61,628 bases of DNA, taken from the NCBI GenBank assembly GCA_021803425.1, contig JAJZLN010000030.1:1-61628 (forward strand), given 5' to 3'. The stretch comes from Candidatus Micrarchaeota archaeon. Lineage in GTDB: Archaea; Micrarchaeota; Micrarchaeia; Micrarchaeales; CABMGC01. Below, in pieces: positions 10,011-19,800 of this stretch. The number at the start of each line of letters is the position of its first letter. Within the stretch, counting starts at the first letter, position 1. The translations under genes and the position numbers were made by a program. The notes under the pieces were generated by a model that was given only the letters and a program-made list of their open reading frames with translations, was not told where the DNA came from and made no database searches.

Positions 10011-11237
10011 TCAGCTCAGCCCTTCAAGAAAAGCCCGGTCTTGAAGATATTTTTTTATTGAATTTACAAAACGCGCCGCATCCGCCCCGTCTATGACTCT
10101 GTGGTCGAATGAAAGCGAAAGCGGAAGCTCCTTTCCTATCACTATCTTTCCGTTCTCTGCAATAGGCGCATCCTTTATCATGTGGACCCCGAGTATCGCG
10201 ACTTCGGGATAGTTTATTATGGGAACGGACAGGAACCCTCCTCCGAGGCTCCCTATGTTCGTTATGGTGAACGTGCTGTCCCTCATCTCCTCTATCGTTA
10301 TTGTGTTTTCTTCAAGCTTCTTGTGGAATCCCTGTATCTCGTTCGCTATGTCGATTATGTTTTTTGTGCCTGCATCCTTTATCACAACTACCTTAAGGCC
10401 GTCCTTTGCCTCGGCAGCAAGACCTATATTGTAATATTTTTTGAGTATTATTTCCTGCCTGTCGCGGTCATAGCTTGAATTTACTAGCGGATTCTCCTTT
10501 AAGGCCTGGGCTGTTGCCTTTATTATGAAAGGAAGGAATGTGAGATGCACATTTTTTTCCGCTGCCTCCTTCTTTCTCTTGGTTTCAACCTCATACAGTG
10601 GCCTTGCATCGATTATGTCCATATGCACTGCGGCTGGAACTGATAGGGACAGCTCCATGTTCTTTGCTATTGTCTTGCGCGTCTGCGACATCGCAACCCT
10701 TTCTATCTCGTGCGAATGCTGCTGTTCGAGTATTTCCGAAAATTTCGGTGCTGTGCTTTGCTGCTGCTTCGAGGCGTGCGACTTTAGGTCGTTTTCAAGA
10801 ATCCTGCCCCCTGGGCCTGTTCCTGCTACGGTTGAAAGATCTATGTTATAATCCCTCGCAAGCTTCCTTATGTACGGGGTGGCAAGCACTTCGTGTTTCT
10901 GAACATTAGTCGCGCCTTGCTGCGGCTGCGAGGTTTTGTCTTGTTCATTTGGTTTTGGCTGGGCTGGCTGCGGTTGTTTTTGCTGATTTAAAGAGGAAAG
11001 CTCTGACTCTGTACCTATATATGCAAGAACGTCGCCTACATGCACCGTGGAGTTTTCTGGTATGTTTATCTTTATTTTTCCGCTTACTGGGGCGGGGGCG
11101 TTGACTATTGCCTTGTCAGTCTCCACCTGGACGACAGGCTGGTCTTCCTTGACGTCATCGGCATCCTTTACAAGCCATTTCTGGACATGGCCTTCAGTTA
11201 TGCCTTCTCCAACATCAACAAATTTTATCTCCTTCAA
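10011..11237 (-). CDS. pdhC: Dihydrolipoamide acyltransferase (E2)
   Basis: Lipoyl domain ETDKA, E3-binding ATPYIRKLA...GTGPGGRI, catalytic DHRVIDG. Confidence 0.95.
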   Translation of the reverse strand: MKEIKFVDVGEGITEGHVQKWLVKDADDVKEDQPVVQVETDKAIVNAPAPVSGKIKINIPENSTVHVGDVLAYIGTESELSSLNQQKQPQPAQPKPNEQDKTSQPQQGATNVQKHEVLATPYIRKLARDYNIDLSTVAGTGPGGRILENDLKSHASKQQQSTAPKFSEILEQQHSHEIERVAMSQTRKTIAKNMELSLSVPAAVHMDIIDARPLYEVETKRKKEAAEKNVHLTFLPFIIKATAQALKENPLVNSSYDRDRQEIILKKYYNIGLAAEAKDGLKVVVIKDAGTKNIIDIANEIQGFHKKLEENTITIEEMRDSTFTITNIGSLGGGFLSVPIINYPEVAILGVHMIKDAPIAENGKIVIGKELPLSLSFDHRVIDGADAARFVNSIKKYLQDRAFLEGLS

Positions 11238-11241
11238 TGGA

Positions 11242-12213
11242 TCACGCCGACATTATTTTGTCTATGTGCATTGCAATCTTCTTCTCGTTTGGTATGTAAA
11301 ATCTTTCATAGCCCGGGAACGGATATGGGAGGCTGTTTGAAGCAACCCTGAGTATTGGCGCCTTTAGCTCAAACATCGCCTTTTCAGCTATCCTTGCCGA
11401 AACCTCAGCTCCGACTCCGTAGCTTAGCGGAGCTTCATGAACGATTATAACCCTGCCGGTCTTCTTCGCGCTGGCAAGTATCGTCTGCTCATCAATTGGA
11501 TTTATTGTCCTTAGATCTATTATCTCCGCATCGACCTTCTTTTTCTCAACTACATTCTTTACAGTATGGACCATTGTGCCATATGTTATTATAGTCAGAT
11601 CATTACCGCTCTTTATCACGTTTGCTTTCCCTATCGGGATTTCGTATGCTTCCTCAGGTATATCCTGCTTGGTAAGCCTGTAGAGTTTCGTAGGCTCAAG
11701 GAATATGACAGGGTCATCCATTCTTGAAGCCTTTATCATGAGGCCTTTTGCATCGTATGGATTTGATGGTTCAACCACTATAAGCCCGCCTATATGCGAG
11801 TAAAGGGCTTCAGGGCTCTCCGAATGATGCTCTAATGTCCTTACCCCGCCGCTTACCGGAGTGCGCACAGTCATGGGCACCTTGAAGGAAGACCTTGATC
11901 TTGTCCTGTACCTTGCAGCGTGGTTGACTATCTGGCTGAATGAAAGGAACATGAATCCTGCAAATTGTATCTCAGGTATCGGATGCAGCCCTGCAAGCGC
12001 CATGCCTATCGAGGTGCCTATTATTCCTGATTCTGCAAGCGGCGTATCTATCACCCTGTCTTCGCCGAACTTGTCTATCAGCCCTTCTGTGACCCTGAAT
12101 ACTCCGCCATCTCTCCCTATGTCCTCTCCAAGAAGCACTACGTCATCGTTTTCCTTCATGCTGAGCTCTAGTGCATTGTTTATCGCGGAAACCATGTTTA
12201 CCTGCATATTCAT
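11242..12213 (-). CDS. pdhB: 2-oxoacid (pyruvate) dehydrogenase E1 beta
   Basis: GEDIG..GGVFR, DTPLAE, EIQF, EHHS. Confidence 0.93.
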   Translation of the reverse strand: MNMQVNMVSAINNALELSMKENDDVVLLGEDIGRDGGVFRVTEGLIDKFGEDRVIDTPLAESGIIGTSIGMALAGLHPIPEIQFAGFMFLSFSQIVNHAARYRTRSRSSFKVPMTVRTPVSGGVRTLEHHSESPEALYSHIGGLIVVEPSNPYDAKGLMIKASRMDDPVIFLEPTKLYRLTKQDIPEEAYEIPIGKANVIKSGNDLTIITYGTMVHTVKNVVEKKKVDAEIIDLRTINPIDEQTILASAKKTGRVIIVHEAPLSYGVGAEVSARIAEKAMFELKAPILRVASNSLPYPFPGYERFYIPNEKKIAMHIDKIMSA

Positions 12214-13292
12214 TCGCCCTCCCAGAATCCGTTTGCCTCGGACTCTTCAAGCTCGCCCTTGAGAACGTCCGGCATGAAGCTGTATACGTGCTGGAAGATG
12301 CTCCTTGGATCAGGCTTGAACGATTCAGCAATCTCCACCTCTTTGTCTATAAGCTCTTTCTGCTCGTTTGAAACCTCTTCCTCTATCTTCTCATTCCATA
12401 ATCCCTTATTTGCAAGATGGAGCTTGAGCCTGAGTATCGGATCCTTAAGCTTCCATGCCTCGACATCCCCTTCGTTCCTGTACTTTGATGGTTCGTCTGA
12501 AGTTGTATGCATGCCCATCCTGTAGGTCAGGCATTCTATCACGGTCGGACCGTTTGGAGAATTGGCTAGCGCTTCTGAAGTTGCCTTGTATACCGCTACC
12601 GGATCATTCCCGTCGACCTGTATTCCCAGAATTCCTGCAGCTATGGCCTTTTGCGCAAGGGTCTGTGCAGCGCTCTGCTTTGACCTCGGAACGGATATTG
12701 CCCACCCGTTATTCTGTATTATTACCACAAGAGGCGCCTTCCATACCCCTGCGAAATTTATGGCTTCGTAGAAGTCGCCTTCTGAAGTGCCGCCGTCGCC
12801 CACATAAGCAACAACCGCATTGCCGGTTTTTTTGTATTTCTGTGCAAATGCGATGCCTGCGGCGTGGGGCATCTGCGTACTCACAGGTACTGCCATTGGA
12901 AATCCTCTTACCTCCGGAGGCATGACATTGCCTTCCTCGAAGCCCATCCAGTATAAGTAAAACAGGTGAATTGGAAGCGACCTTGCAATGTAGACACCAT
13001 GCTGCCTGAATGCCGGCACAAATATGTCGTCCTTCCTCAAGGCCATGGCCGTGCCTATGTTTACTGCTTCCTCGCCTAGTGAAGGCGCGTAGGTTGCCGA
13101 TCTTCCCTGCCGCTGCAGGCTTACTGCCTTTGCGTCGACATTCCTTGTCAGCATCATGAGCTTAAGCATTTCAAGCAGCTTCTGGTCTGAAAGCTCCTTT
13201 GGAAAAAGAGGCGCATCGACATTTCCCTTTTCGTCCATTATCTGCATGTACTTTATGTTTGCGCTAAATACCTCCTTGATCACACCAATCAC
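12210..13292 (-). CDS. pdhA: 2-oxoacid (pyruvate) dehydrogenase E1 alpha
   Basis: QRQGR, GDGGTSEGDF...NNGWAIS TPP motif, HTTSD. Confidence 0.93.
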   Translation of the reverse strand: MIGVIKEVFSANIKYMQIMDEKGNVDAPLFPKELSDQKLLEMLKLMMLTRNVDAKAVSLQRQGRSATYAPSLGEEAVNIGTAMALRKDDIFVPAFRQHGVYIARSLPIHLFYLYWMGFEEGNVMPPEVRGFPMAVPVSTQMPHAAGIAFAQKYKKTGNAVVAYVGDGGTSEGDFYEAINFAGVWKAPLVVIIQNNGWAISVPRSKQSAAQTLAQKAIAAGILGIQVDGNDPVAVYKATSEALANSPNGPTVIECLTYRMGMHTTSDEPSKYRNEGDVEAWKLKDPILRLKLHLANKGLWNEKIEEEVSNEQKELIDKEVEIAESFKPDPRSIFQHVYSFMPDVLKGELEESEANGFWEGE

Positions 13293-13428
13293 TGATCTAT
13301 TTTATTGATAAATGTTTATTAATTTGAGATTTTTGAGGTTTTATTTAAGTAAGATGAACGCGCAAAAGAAAGCTATTTATTGTTTTGTGGCACCATAAAA
13401 AAGGTATTATCTGGAGTTAGAGATATTT

Positions 13429-14175
13429 ATGGACGCGTTGATTCTCTGCGGCGGTTTTGCGACAAGGCTTGAACCGATAACTTTTTTCGTGCCTAAACCG
13501 CTCCTTCCGGTTGGCGGAAAACCGATACTTGACCATATAGTTGATTCTGTTAAAAAAGCGGGAGCTAAAAGGATAGTGCTGTCTACAAACAAAAAGTTCT
13601 ACGACCAATTCAGATACTGGTCTGAAAGCGCCGAACTTCACGGCATAAAAGGCGGAGTCGAGATTGTTATGGAGCCTACAATGAACCACGGCGAGAAATA
13701 CGGCGCAATAAAAGGCATAAATTACGCCATTGAAAAGCTGGGGCTTGATGGCGACCTTATGGTTATTGCAGGGGATAATTTCTATACGTTTGGGCTGGAT
13801 AGGATCACCGAAAAATTCACGCAGACGAGGAAGACCACGATAGCGGTGCATGACGTCAAATCGCTTGATGACGCACGTCGTTTTGGCGTAGTAGACATGA
13901 AAAATGACAGAGTGGTGGGATTTGAAGAGAAACCGAAATCCCCGAAATCATCGCTCATAAGCACTGGAATATACGTTTTCCCTAAGGAAATGCTTGGTAT
14001 GCTTAAGGAATATGTGAGCGGAGGGAACAATCCCGACGCTCCAGGATATTTTCTGCAGTGGCTTATGAAGAAGGACGCTGTTTACGGAGTGGTATACACG
14101 GATAATTGGTATGACATAGGCACAGTTGAGACTTACAAGGAAGTGTTCGACAGGTATGTTTCTAGGCAGGCTTGA
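13429..14175 (+). CDS. Sugar-phosphate nucleotidyltransferase
   Basis: LCGGFATRL, PKPLLPVGG, EEKP, WYDIG. Confidence 0.9.
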   Translation: MDALILCGGFATRLEPITFFVPKPLLPVGGKPILDHIVDSVKKAGAKRIVLSTNKKFYDQFRYWSESAELHGIKGGVEIVMEPTMNHGEKYGAIKGINYAIEKLGLDGDLMVIAGDNFYTFGLDRITEKFTQTRKTTIAVHDVKSLDDARRFGVVDMKNDRVVGFEEKPKSPKSSLISTGIYVFPKEMLGMLKEYVSGGNNPDAPGYFLQWLMKKDAVYGVVYTDNWYDIGTVETYKEVFDRYVSRQA

Positions 14176-14356
14176 TGGAGCATGTGCCTGCAAATAATAT
14201 TGCGCTATTTATGGCTTTGATGTATTTGTGCTTGAGTTTTGAAAAGGCTTGTTGATTTGGATTGGGGCGGTGGCTGGCTGCATGCTATCTCTCTGTATAC
14301 AACCTTAAGGTTCTTCGTATTTCTATTTCGTACTTTCGGTATATTTAGATGCTTCT

Positions 14357-14410
14357 GTGACATCCTCCAACGACTGAAGATCGTTGGCTTCCAGCGGTGT
14401 TTTTATATTG
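14357..14410 (-). mobile_element. Solo IS200/IS605-family right end
   Basis: 52/54 nt identical to 54023-54076; minus strand GAAG-CCAACGA..TCGTTGG-AGGATGTCAC. Confidence 0.85.
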
Positions 14411-14458
14411 ATAAAAGCTGGAATAATCAAAACCCATTAAAATCTGCATTTGCAAGAT

Positions 14459-15595
14459 TCAGAAGCTGCCGATCAGATTGCAGTATACTTTCTCGAGATC
14501 TTCAAGGCTGCGCCTTGAGACCCACTCGTTCGGTGCATGCTCGTTGCCTCCCTCTGGCCCTATAGTTACTATAGGTATGTCCAGTGCGTTTGCAAAGATA
14601 TTGTCGTCTGCCACAGAGCTGCCGTAGTTTATTACGGGCTCGCCGAGATTTTTGCGTATTACTGAAAGAACAGCTTTTATTTTGGCATTTTTTGTGCTGT
14701 TTTCATAGGGCTCTATGTATGGAGTAGGCCTCTTCTTAACGGCGACTGTTACTTCCGTTCTGCTGTCCAGTATCTTTCTTGCTTTCATGGATTTGACCAT
14801 TGACTCCACCCTGTATTTTGCATCCTTGATGCTGCTTGGTGGAACAAGCTGTATATCAAATTCTAAATGGGCCCTGTCGGGCAGATCCAATGCGCTCTTC
14901 GATTTGCCTTCCATGCATCTTACAAATATCGTTTCGGAGCCGAGATTCCTGTGGATGCGCAGCTTGAATAAATCCGTATTTTGAACTATTTTTGAAGCTT
15001 CGTTTATGGCGTTTACGCCGCGCTGGGGATTCGCTCCATGCGCAGACAGCCCATATACATCGGCTTCTATAACAACCCTCCCCCTCCTCCCTACAGTAAC
15101 TATATTTGCGCCTCCGGTATGTTTTTTCGAATCTCCGGCCTCGCATGATACTATAAGAGATATGTCTTTGAACCATTCCTTTTTTCTTATCGCGGCCCAT
15201 GCACCCTGGGATATGTTCTCCTCGTCAGCACAGAGAAGCACCTTTACGCCCCTTGGTCGGCAGTTGCTTACTGCGGAGAGCATTGCAGATATGCCGCCCT
15301 TCATATCGCATGCTCCAAGACCATACATCCTGTCTCCCTCTCGCGCCATGTTAAGTGGTCCGTGTTTCCATCTTCCATGCGGCACAACCGTATCCATGTG
15401 CCCGTAGAACAATATCGGACTCCCTTCTCCAGCTCTCTCTGCGAATATGTTGAACCTGCCTTCTGCGATATGCTGCCTCTGCGTTTTGAAACCCATTTTG
15501 ACAAGCAAAGATTCAAGGTACCTTCCTATTTTTTCTTCGTTTCCGAATACAGAATCGGTTTGTATTAGCCTTTCGAGGATTTGCTCGGCTTCCAT
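14459..15595 (-). CDS. M20 family metallopeptidase/deacylase (ArgE/DapE-like)
   Basis: GHMDTV, GACDMKGG, DEE, HAPNEW. Confidence 0.88.
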   Translation of the reverse strand: MEAEQILERLIQTDSVFGNEEKIGRYLESLLVKMGFKTQRQHIAEGRFNIFAERAGEGSPILFYGHMDTVVPHGRWKHGPLNMAREGDRMYGLGACDMKGGISAMLSAVSNCRPRGVKVLLCADEENISQGAWAAIRKKEWFKDISLIVSCEAGDSKKHTGGANIVTVGRRGRVVIEADVYGLSAHGANPQRGVNAINEASKIVQNTDLFKLRIHRNLGSETIFVRCMEGKSKSALDLPDRAHLEFDIQLVPPSSIKDAKYRVESMVKSMKARKILDSRTEVTVAVKKRPTPYIEPYENSTKNAKIKAVLSVIRKNLGEPVINYGSSVADDNIFANALDIPIVTIGPEGGNEHAPNEWVSRRSLEDLEKVYCNLIGSF

Positions 15596-15628
15596 GCCAC
15601 TACCACGCTCTGATGAATATGAAAGGGT

Positions 15629-16744
15629 TCATTTTCTTAATGCTTCCTGTATTGCAGATTCCGCATCAAACCTTTCAACGGTTTTGCTCATTCCGTCACG
15701 GTCAAGGTAAGTGACTGCAAAATTTTTGGGGCTTGAATTGCCGCTGCTGTCTTTTATTTCTACATGATTCGGAAGTATGCCTGCAAACCCCCTGCCGTGC
15801 GCTGCCGCGGTTTTTATTATTGAATCGCTCGATATGTTGGATTCGGCATATATCAATTGTATGTCGCCCCTGTTTGAGCATATGTTCCTCAGGACCTCTA
15901 TGAGCAGCCTCGAATATGTTGATTTGCCGCGCGACTCCTTGCTTATGTGCGCATCCGTAAGCTCGGCTATGTTGATCGTATCTCCATTAGACAGTTTTAT
16001 GCTCCTGGATTCTGTTACTGATATTCCAACTATGTTTCCTGCGCCGTTATAAACGAGGCCGATTATGTTTGATCCGTTTGTAACTGTGGATATGGCATCA
16101 CTTCTATTGTATCCGAATATGCTGAGAAGCGAGGAGATTTCATCAAGCTCGCTGTTTGAAAACAGCCTTTGCTGCGAATCGATGATTTTTATTTGGTATC
16201 TGGTTTTGTTGCTCTGGGAAGAAGAAGGTGCGCTTGCTGCGCTTAGCCCAAATTCAGCGGAATCCCTGGCAAGCTCCTTCATTGATTTTTGATTGTCTGT
16301 TTTGCTGAAGGTCTCATTTATTTTTTCCCTGAAAGAATTAAGAGTACTTTCGTCTATCCTGCGCGAATTTGAATTATATCCTATGTATATTATCGAGTAG
16401 GTTTCATTAACAGGTATTTGGGCTTCGATTTCCGCTCCTGAGCGCCTTATCTCGTTGTCCAGAAACGCAATTGCGCCTGAAGTCGCTATAACACGCAATG
16501 AGAGTCGCGTGTTACTGGTTTCCTCAAGCCTTTTTATTCCTTCCCGCACTGCATTCCCTATAAATTCCGCATGCTCCCGGTTTTCCACAGGAGCTATCCT
16601 TCCATCGTCTTTGCCATGCCTTACTGCAGGGCCTATGAATCCTTTCAGCCTTCCGGAGCTTGCAAGCGATATGAAACCTATGGAGCCAAAGCTACTTGAA
16701 TCGGTTTCATCCCTAAATATTCTTTTCACTGATGCCGTAGACAT
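15629..16744 (-). CDS. Hypothetical protein with a C-terminal GNAT acetyltransferase domain
   Basis: AELTDAHISKESRGKS motif-A-like segment; GFAGILPNHVEI. Confidence 0.6.
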   Translation of the reverse strand: MSTASVKRIFRDETDSSSFGSIGFISLASSGRLKGFIGPAVRHGKDDGRIAPVENREHAEFIGNAVREGIKRLEETSNTRLSLRVIATSGAIAFLDNEIRRSGAEIEAQIPVNETYSIIYIGYNSNSRRIDESTLNSFREKINETFSKTDNQKSMKELARDSAEFGLSAASAPSSSQSNKTRYQIKIIDSQQRLFSNSELDEISSLLSIFGYNRSDAISTVTNGSNIIGLVYNGAGNIVGISVTESRSIKLSNGDTINIAELTDAHISKESRGKSTYSRLLIEVLRNICSNRGDIQLIYAESNISSDSIIKTAAAHGRGFAGILPNHVEIKDSSGNSSPKNFAVTYLDRDGMSKTVERFDAESAIQEALRK

Positions 16745-16864
16745 TCACTATAAAAGCGGTTGTTTAGGTATTTAAATATGTGTATTTACATTACGAATTT
16801 AGTAATATAGTGGAATATAGGTAAAAACGTTAAAAATATTTCACTTTATTTACGGATATCGTAA

Positions 16865-17257
16865 TCATTTAAGAACCATGTTGGTTGACGTGTCCGCTAC
16901 TCCTTCAAGCGCCCTTATGGCGTCTATCATACTATTCACTTTATCCATAGTCTCTGCGGTTATGAAGCATATTATATCAAAATTGCCTGACACCTCGTAC
17001 ACCTCGTTTATTCCTAGTTTTTTTATGGCTCCGGCAACGTCGGATGTTACTGATTTAGATGTTGCGACCATGACTATGGCACTGACAGTTTCGGACGTAT
17101 CTACAGTAAACTTCTTGATTATGCCAGAAGACGTCAATTTTTTGATCCTTGCACGGATCGCCCCCTCAGTAAGGCCAGTCTCCTTTGCTATTTCTACAAA
17201 CGGCTTCCTGCCGTCTGATTTAAGCGCCTTAAGAATCTGCGAATCTATGCTGTCCAT
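16865..17257 (-). CDS. Lrp/AsnC family transcriptional regulator
   Basis: MDSIDSQILKALKSDGRKPFVEIA HTH; EVSGNFDI C-terminal domain. Confidence 0.9.
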   Translation of the reverse strand: MDSIDSQILKALKSDGRKPFVEIAKETGLTEGAIRARIKKLTSSGIIKKFTVDTSETVSAIVMVATSKSVTSDVAGAIKKLGINEVYEVSGNFDIICFITAETMDKVNSMIDAIRALEGVADTSTNMVLK

Positions 17258-17303
17258 AATTAACTAAAGAAATTGTAATATTTATATACCTGAATGTATC
17301 CAT

Positions 17304-17528
17304 ATGGAAATGATTTATATGAAGTTTTCTTTGTTCAGAAAGGGTGGAAAAGAGGTAAAGGAAGAAAGCGACTCTTACAGCAGAAATGGAGACCTCAAAG
17401 CAGCAGCGAGAGAAGCTGAAGGGGCTAAAAAACGCTCCGACACCGACCCAAAGGATATAGAATACCTTAAATGGAAGATTCTTGTGGAGAAAGAAGCAAG
17501 GGAGAATGCAAAGAGAAGAATAAGATAA
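17304..17528 (+). CDS. Small hypothetical charged protein
   Basis: 74-aa ORF filling the gap between Lrp and aroF. Confidence 0.45.
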   Translation: MEMIYMKFSLFRKGGKEVKEESDSYSRNGDLKAAAREAEGAKKRSDTDPKDIEYLKWKILVEKEARENAKRRIR

Positions 17529-17534
17529 CTGTCT

Positions 17535-18563
17535 TTATTTATTATTCAACTTTCTGAGAAGCTTGTAGAGTTCATTGCTGTCATTTATGAGTTTGCCCAG
17601 CAGTTTTGGTTTTATGGCTTGGGCGCCGTCACTTAAAGCTTCCTCAGGTCTGTCATGTACCTCTATCATAAGGCCATCGGCCCCGCTGGCTATAGCTGCC
17701 ATAGACATAGGATATATCAAATCCCTCCTTCCAGTTCCGTGGCTTGGATCGACTATTACAGGAAATGGTGTCTCTTTTTTGAGTATCGGGACCGCACTCA
17801 TATCAAGCGTGTTCCTTGTCTTGGAAGGAAAAGATCCGCCAAGAGGGATTATGCCCCTTTCACAGAGGATTATTTTCCTGTTTCCTTCTGCAACTATCCG
17901 CTCTCCGAAACTCAGATATTCATCTATCTGGGAACTTGGTCCGCGCTTGAATAAAACAGGCTTGCCCTGCCTTGCGACCGATTCTATTAAATCCTGATTG
18001 AACATGTTCCTTGCGCCTATCTGAAGAATGTCCGAATATTTGGATACTATTTCCACGTCAGTTTGGCTCCTTACCTCAGTTATTGTAGGCATATCAAATT
18101 CCTTGCCGGCTTCATACAGATATTGAAGGCCGCTGAGGCCGAGGCCTTGGAATGAATGCACCGAAGTCCTTGGCTTGAATGCCCCTCCCCGCAGTATGTC
18201 TGCGCCTGCCTCTTTGACCTGCTTAGCTATCCTGAAGATCTGTTCTCTGCTCTCTATGGAACACGGGCCGGCAATATATATTGGCTTGTTCTTTCCTATC
18301 TCAAGCCTGCCCGCCTTCACAGAGATATCGTCTTGAATGTATTCCCTGCTCATCAACTTATACGGCACAGTTATATGTAGTGCTCTCGATACGCCGCGCA
18401 TTGCCCTTAGCTGATCGAAGTCAATTTTGCTTTCGTCTCCTATAATGCCTATAACTACTCTGGATTCCCCGACAGACACGTCTGCCTTCAAGCCTGAGGT
18501 TTCTATTTTGCGGATTACGCTCTTAATGTCTTTTTCAAGAGCATTTCGCTTCATTATTATCAA
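17535..18563 (-). CDS. aroF: DAHP synthase, class I-beta, with N-terminal regulatory domain
   Basis: IAGPCSIE, GGAFKPRTS, QIGARNM, DPSHGTG, EVH...ALSDG; start taken at TTG (MIIMKR). Confidence 0.9.
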   Translation of the reverse strand: MIIMKRNALEKDIKSVIRKIETSGLKADVSVGESRVVIGIIGDESKIDFDQLRAMRGVSRALHITVPYKLMSREYIQDDISVKAGRLEIGKNKPIYIAGPCSIESREQIFRIAKQVKEAGADILRGGAFKPRTSVHSFQGLGLSGLQYLYEAGKEFDMPTITEVRSQTDVEIVSKYSDILQIGARNMFNQDLIESVARQGKPVLFKRGPSSQIDEYLSFGERIVAEGNRKIILCERGIIPLGGSFPSKTRNTLDMSAVPILKKETPFPVIVDPSHGTGRRDLIYPMSMAAIASGADGLMIEVHDRPEEALSDGAQAIKPKLLGKLINDSNELYKLLRKLNNK

Positions 18564-18717
18564 AAAATCACTGTTAGGTGCCTTTCTTAAATTTTGTATT
18601 TTCATTTGATTATTGAATATAATTTAAAGCTTTTGTTCAAGTTGCATGTTTACAGTTGTAATGCGCAGATACAGATTAGGGATACAGGAACGGACTTCGC
18701 GCTGATGCAGAGGATCG

Positions 18718-19329
18718 TCAAGATACAGTCGCGGTTATTCTGGCAACGCGTTCTACAAGGATTCTCTGGCCGTCTGGCGAGGTGTTGTTGAATATTATCC
18801 ACACATATCCGTCAAAAGGGGAGCCTATGGAATTGGAGCTTATAAGAGGTCCGGCCTCCTCATCTATAGTTGGATATCCTGGTACTTTAAGATTCCCGTT
18901 GCCGATATAGATATTTATGGTGTTCGTAGAACCCTCGGGAAACGTGGACATTGCGCCGTCCGTTGATATGTATTCCATAATTGAAGACGCCAGGGGATAA
19001 GGAACATGGGTGTTCCCGAAAAAGTTCTTTATTGTGGTATTAAGCGGCGAGACTATCACTATTGCGTTGTAGATGTCTGAACCGGTAGCCTGCCCGACAG
19101 TGAAAGACAGCGTCGCCAGCGAGTTGACAGGAGCCGAGGATGGAACTATGTTTGTAAGCGTGAGGCCGTTGCACTCGAACCCTGATTCTGCAATGCAGCT
19201 CGTTCCGAGATTGTTGTTGCTGAAAACCCCGAGAGAGAAGAGCGCGATAAGCACGATCGCGATTATGAGTATCGCCCATCCGTACGTCATCAGGTACTCC
19301 ATCGCGCTCTGGAGCTTTGTGCTAAACAT
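18718..19329 (-). CDS. Class III signal-peptide pilin-like protein
   Basis: KLQSAMEYLMTYGWAILIIAIV, followed by C...GFEC. Confidence 0.85.
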   Translation of the reverse strand: MFSTKLQSAMEYLMTYGWAILIIAIVLIALFSLGVFSNNNLGTSCIAESGFECNGLTLTNIVPSSAPVNSLATLSFTVGQATGSDIYNAIVIVSPLNTTIKNFFGNTHVPYPLASSIMEYISTDGAMSTFPEGSTNTINIYIGNGNLKVPGYPTIDEEAGPLISSNSIGSPFDGYVWIIFNNTSPDGQRILVERVARITATVS

Positions 19330-19377
19330 GATATTTTATTTAGAGGTGACACTATTTTAAAATATGATGTGATAGTC

Positions 19378-19570
19378 GCGAAACTGCCTACAGCTAAAGC
19401 ATGTGGGCTTCCAATGATTGATGGTTTTTATGAAAAAACAAAAACCAAATATAGTTCCTGATTCGGAGACACCGCTTGCGACTGCCTAGTTTGCAGTTGT
19501 AGAGGCGAATATCTCCCTGAGCGTTAGTTGAGTTTAAAGGCAAGTTCTTGAAAACGTTTGAATCAGGCTG
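19378..19570 (-). mobile_element. Degenerate tnpB 3' end / omega-RNA-right-end remnant
   Basis: 19450-19464 identical to 54096-54110 (ESGTI codons); ends GGAAGCCCACATGCTTTAGCTGTAGGCAGTTTCGC; left boundary approximate. Confidence 0.65.
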
Positions 19571-19628
19571 CACTGAGCCTTTCCATTAACAATTAACGTA
19601 TTTGCCCATTGCCCATGAACAAAACTTT

Positions 19629-19750
19629 TGGCGAGGGCGAGATTTGAACACGCGGCCTCTAGATTTCTTAGCAATCACAGCAAAATGCTCATCACTCATA
19701 AAAGCTTAGCATATGAGTCTAGCGCTCTAACCAGGCTGAGCTACCCCGCC
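19629..19750 (-). tRNA. tRNA-Met(CAT) with a 47-nt intron at 37/38 (19665-19711)
   Basis: GGCGGGG/CCTCGCC acceptor stem, CTAGA-CT CAT A-intron-A-TCTAG, GTTCAAATC T-arm. Elongator Met vs Ile2 identity not proven. Confidence 0.9.
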
Positions 19751-19800
19751 AGCACTTAAGTATTGTCCCGAATTGGTTTTTATTTGTTTGTTTTGCAGCT

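Noticed and set aside
14239-14565. 108-aa plus-strand ORF
   Set aside because: It runs through the IS right end and antisense to the M20 gene; no coding signature.
19665-19711. tRNA-Met intron as a C/D box guide RNA (box C GTGATGA at 19695-19689)
   Set aside because: No box D (CTGA) even after circularisation; only CTGT is present.
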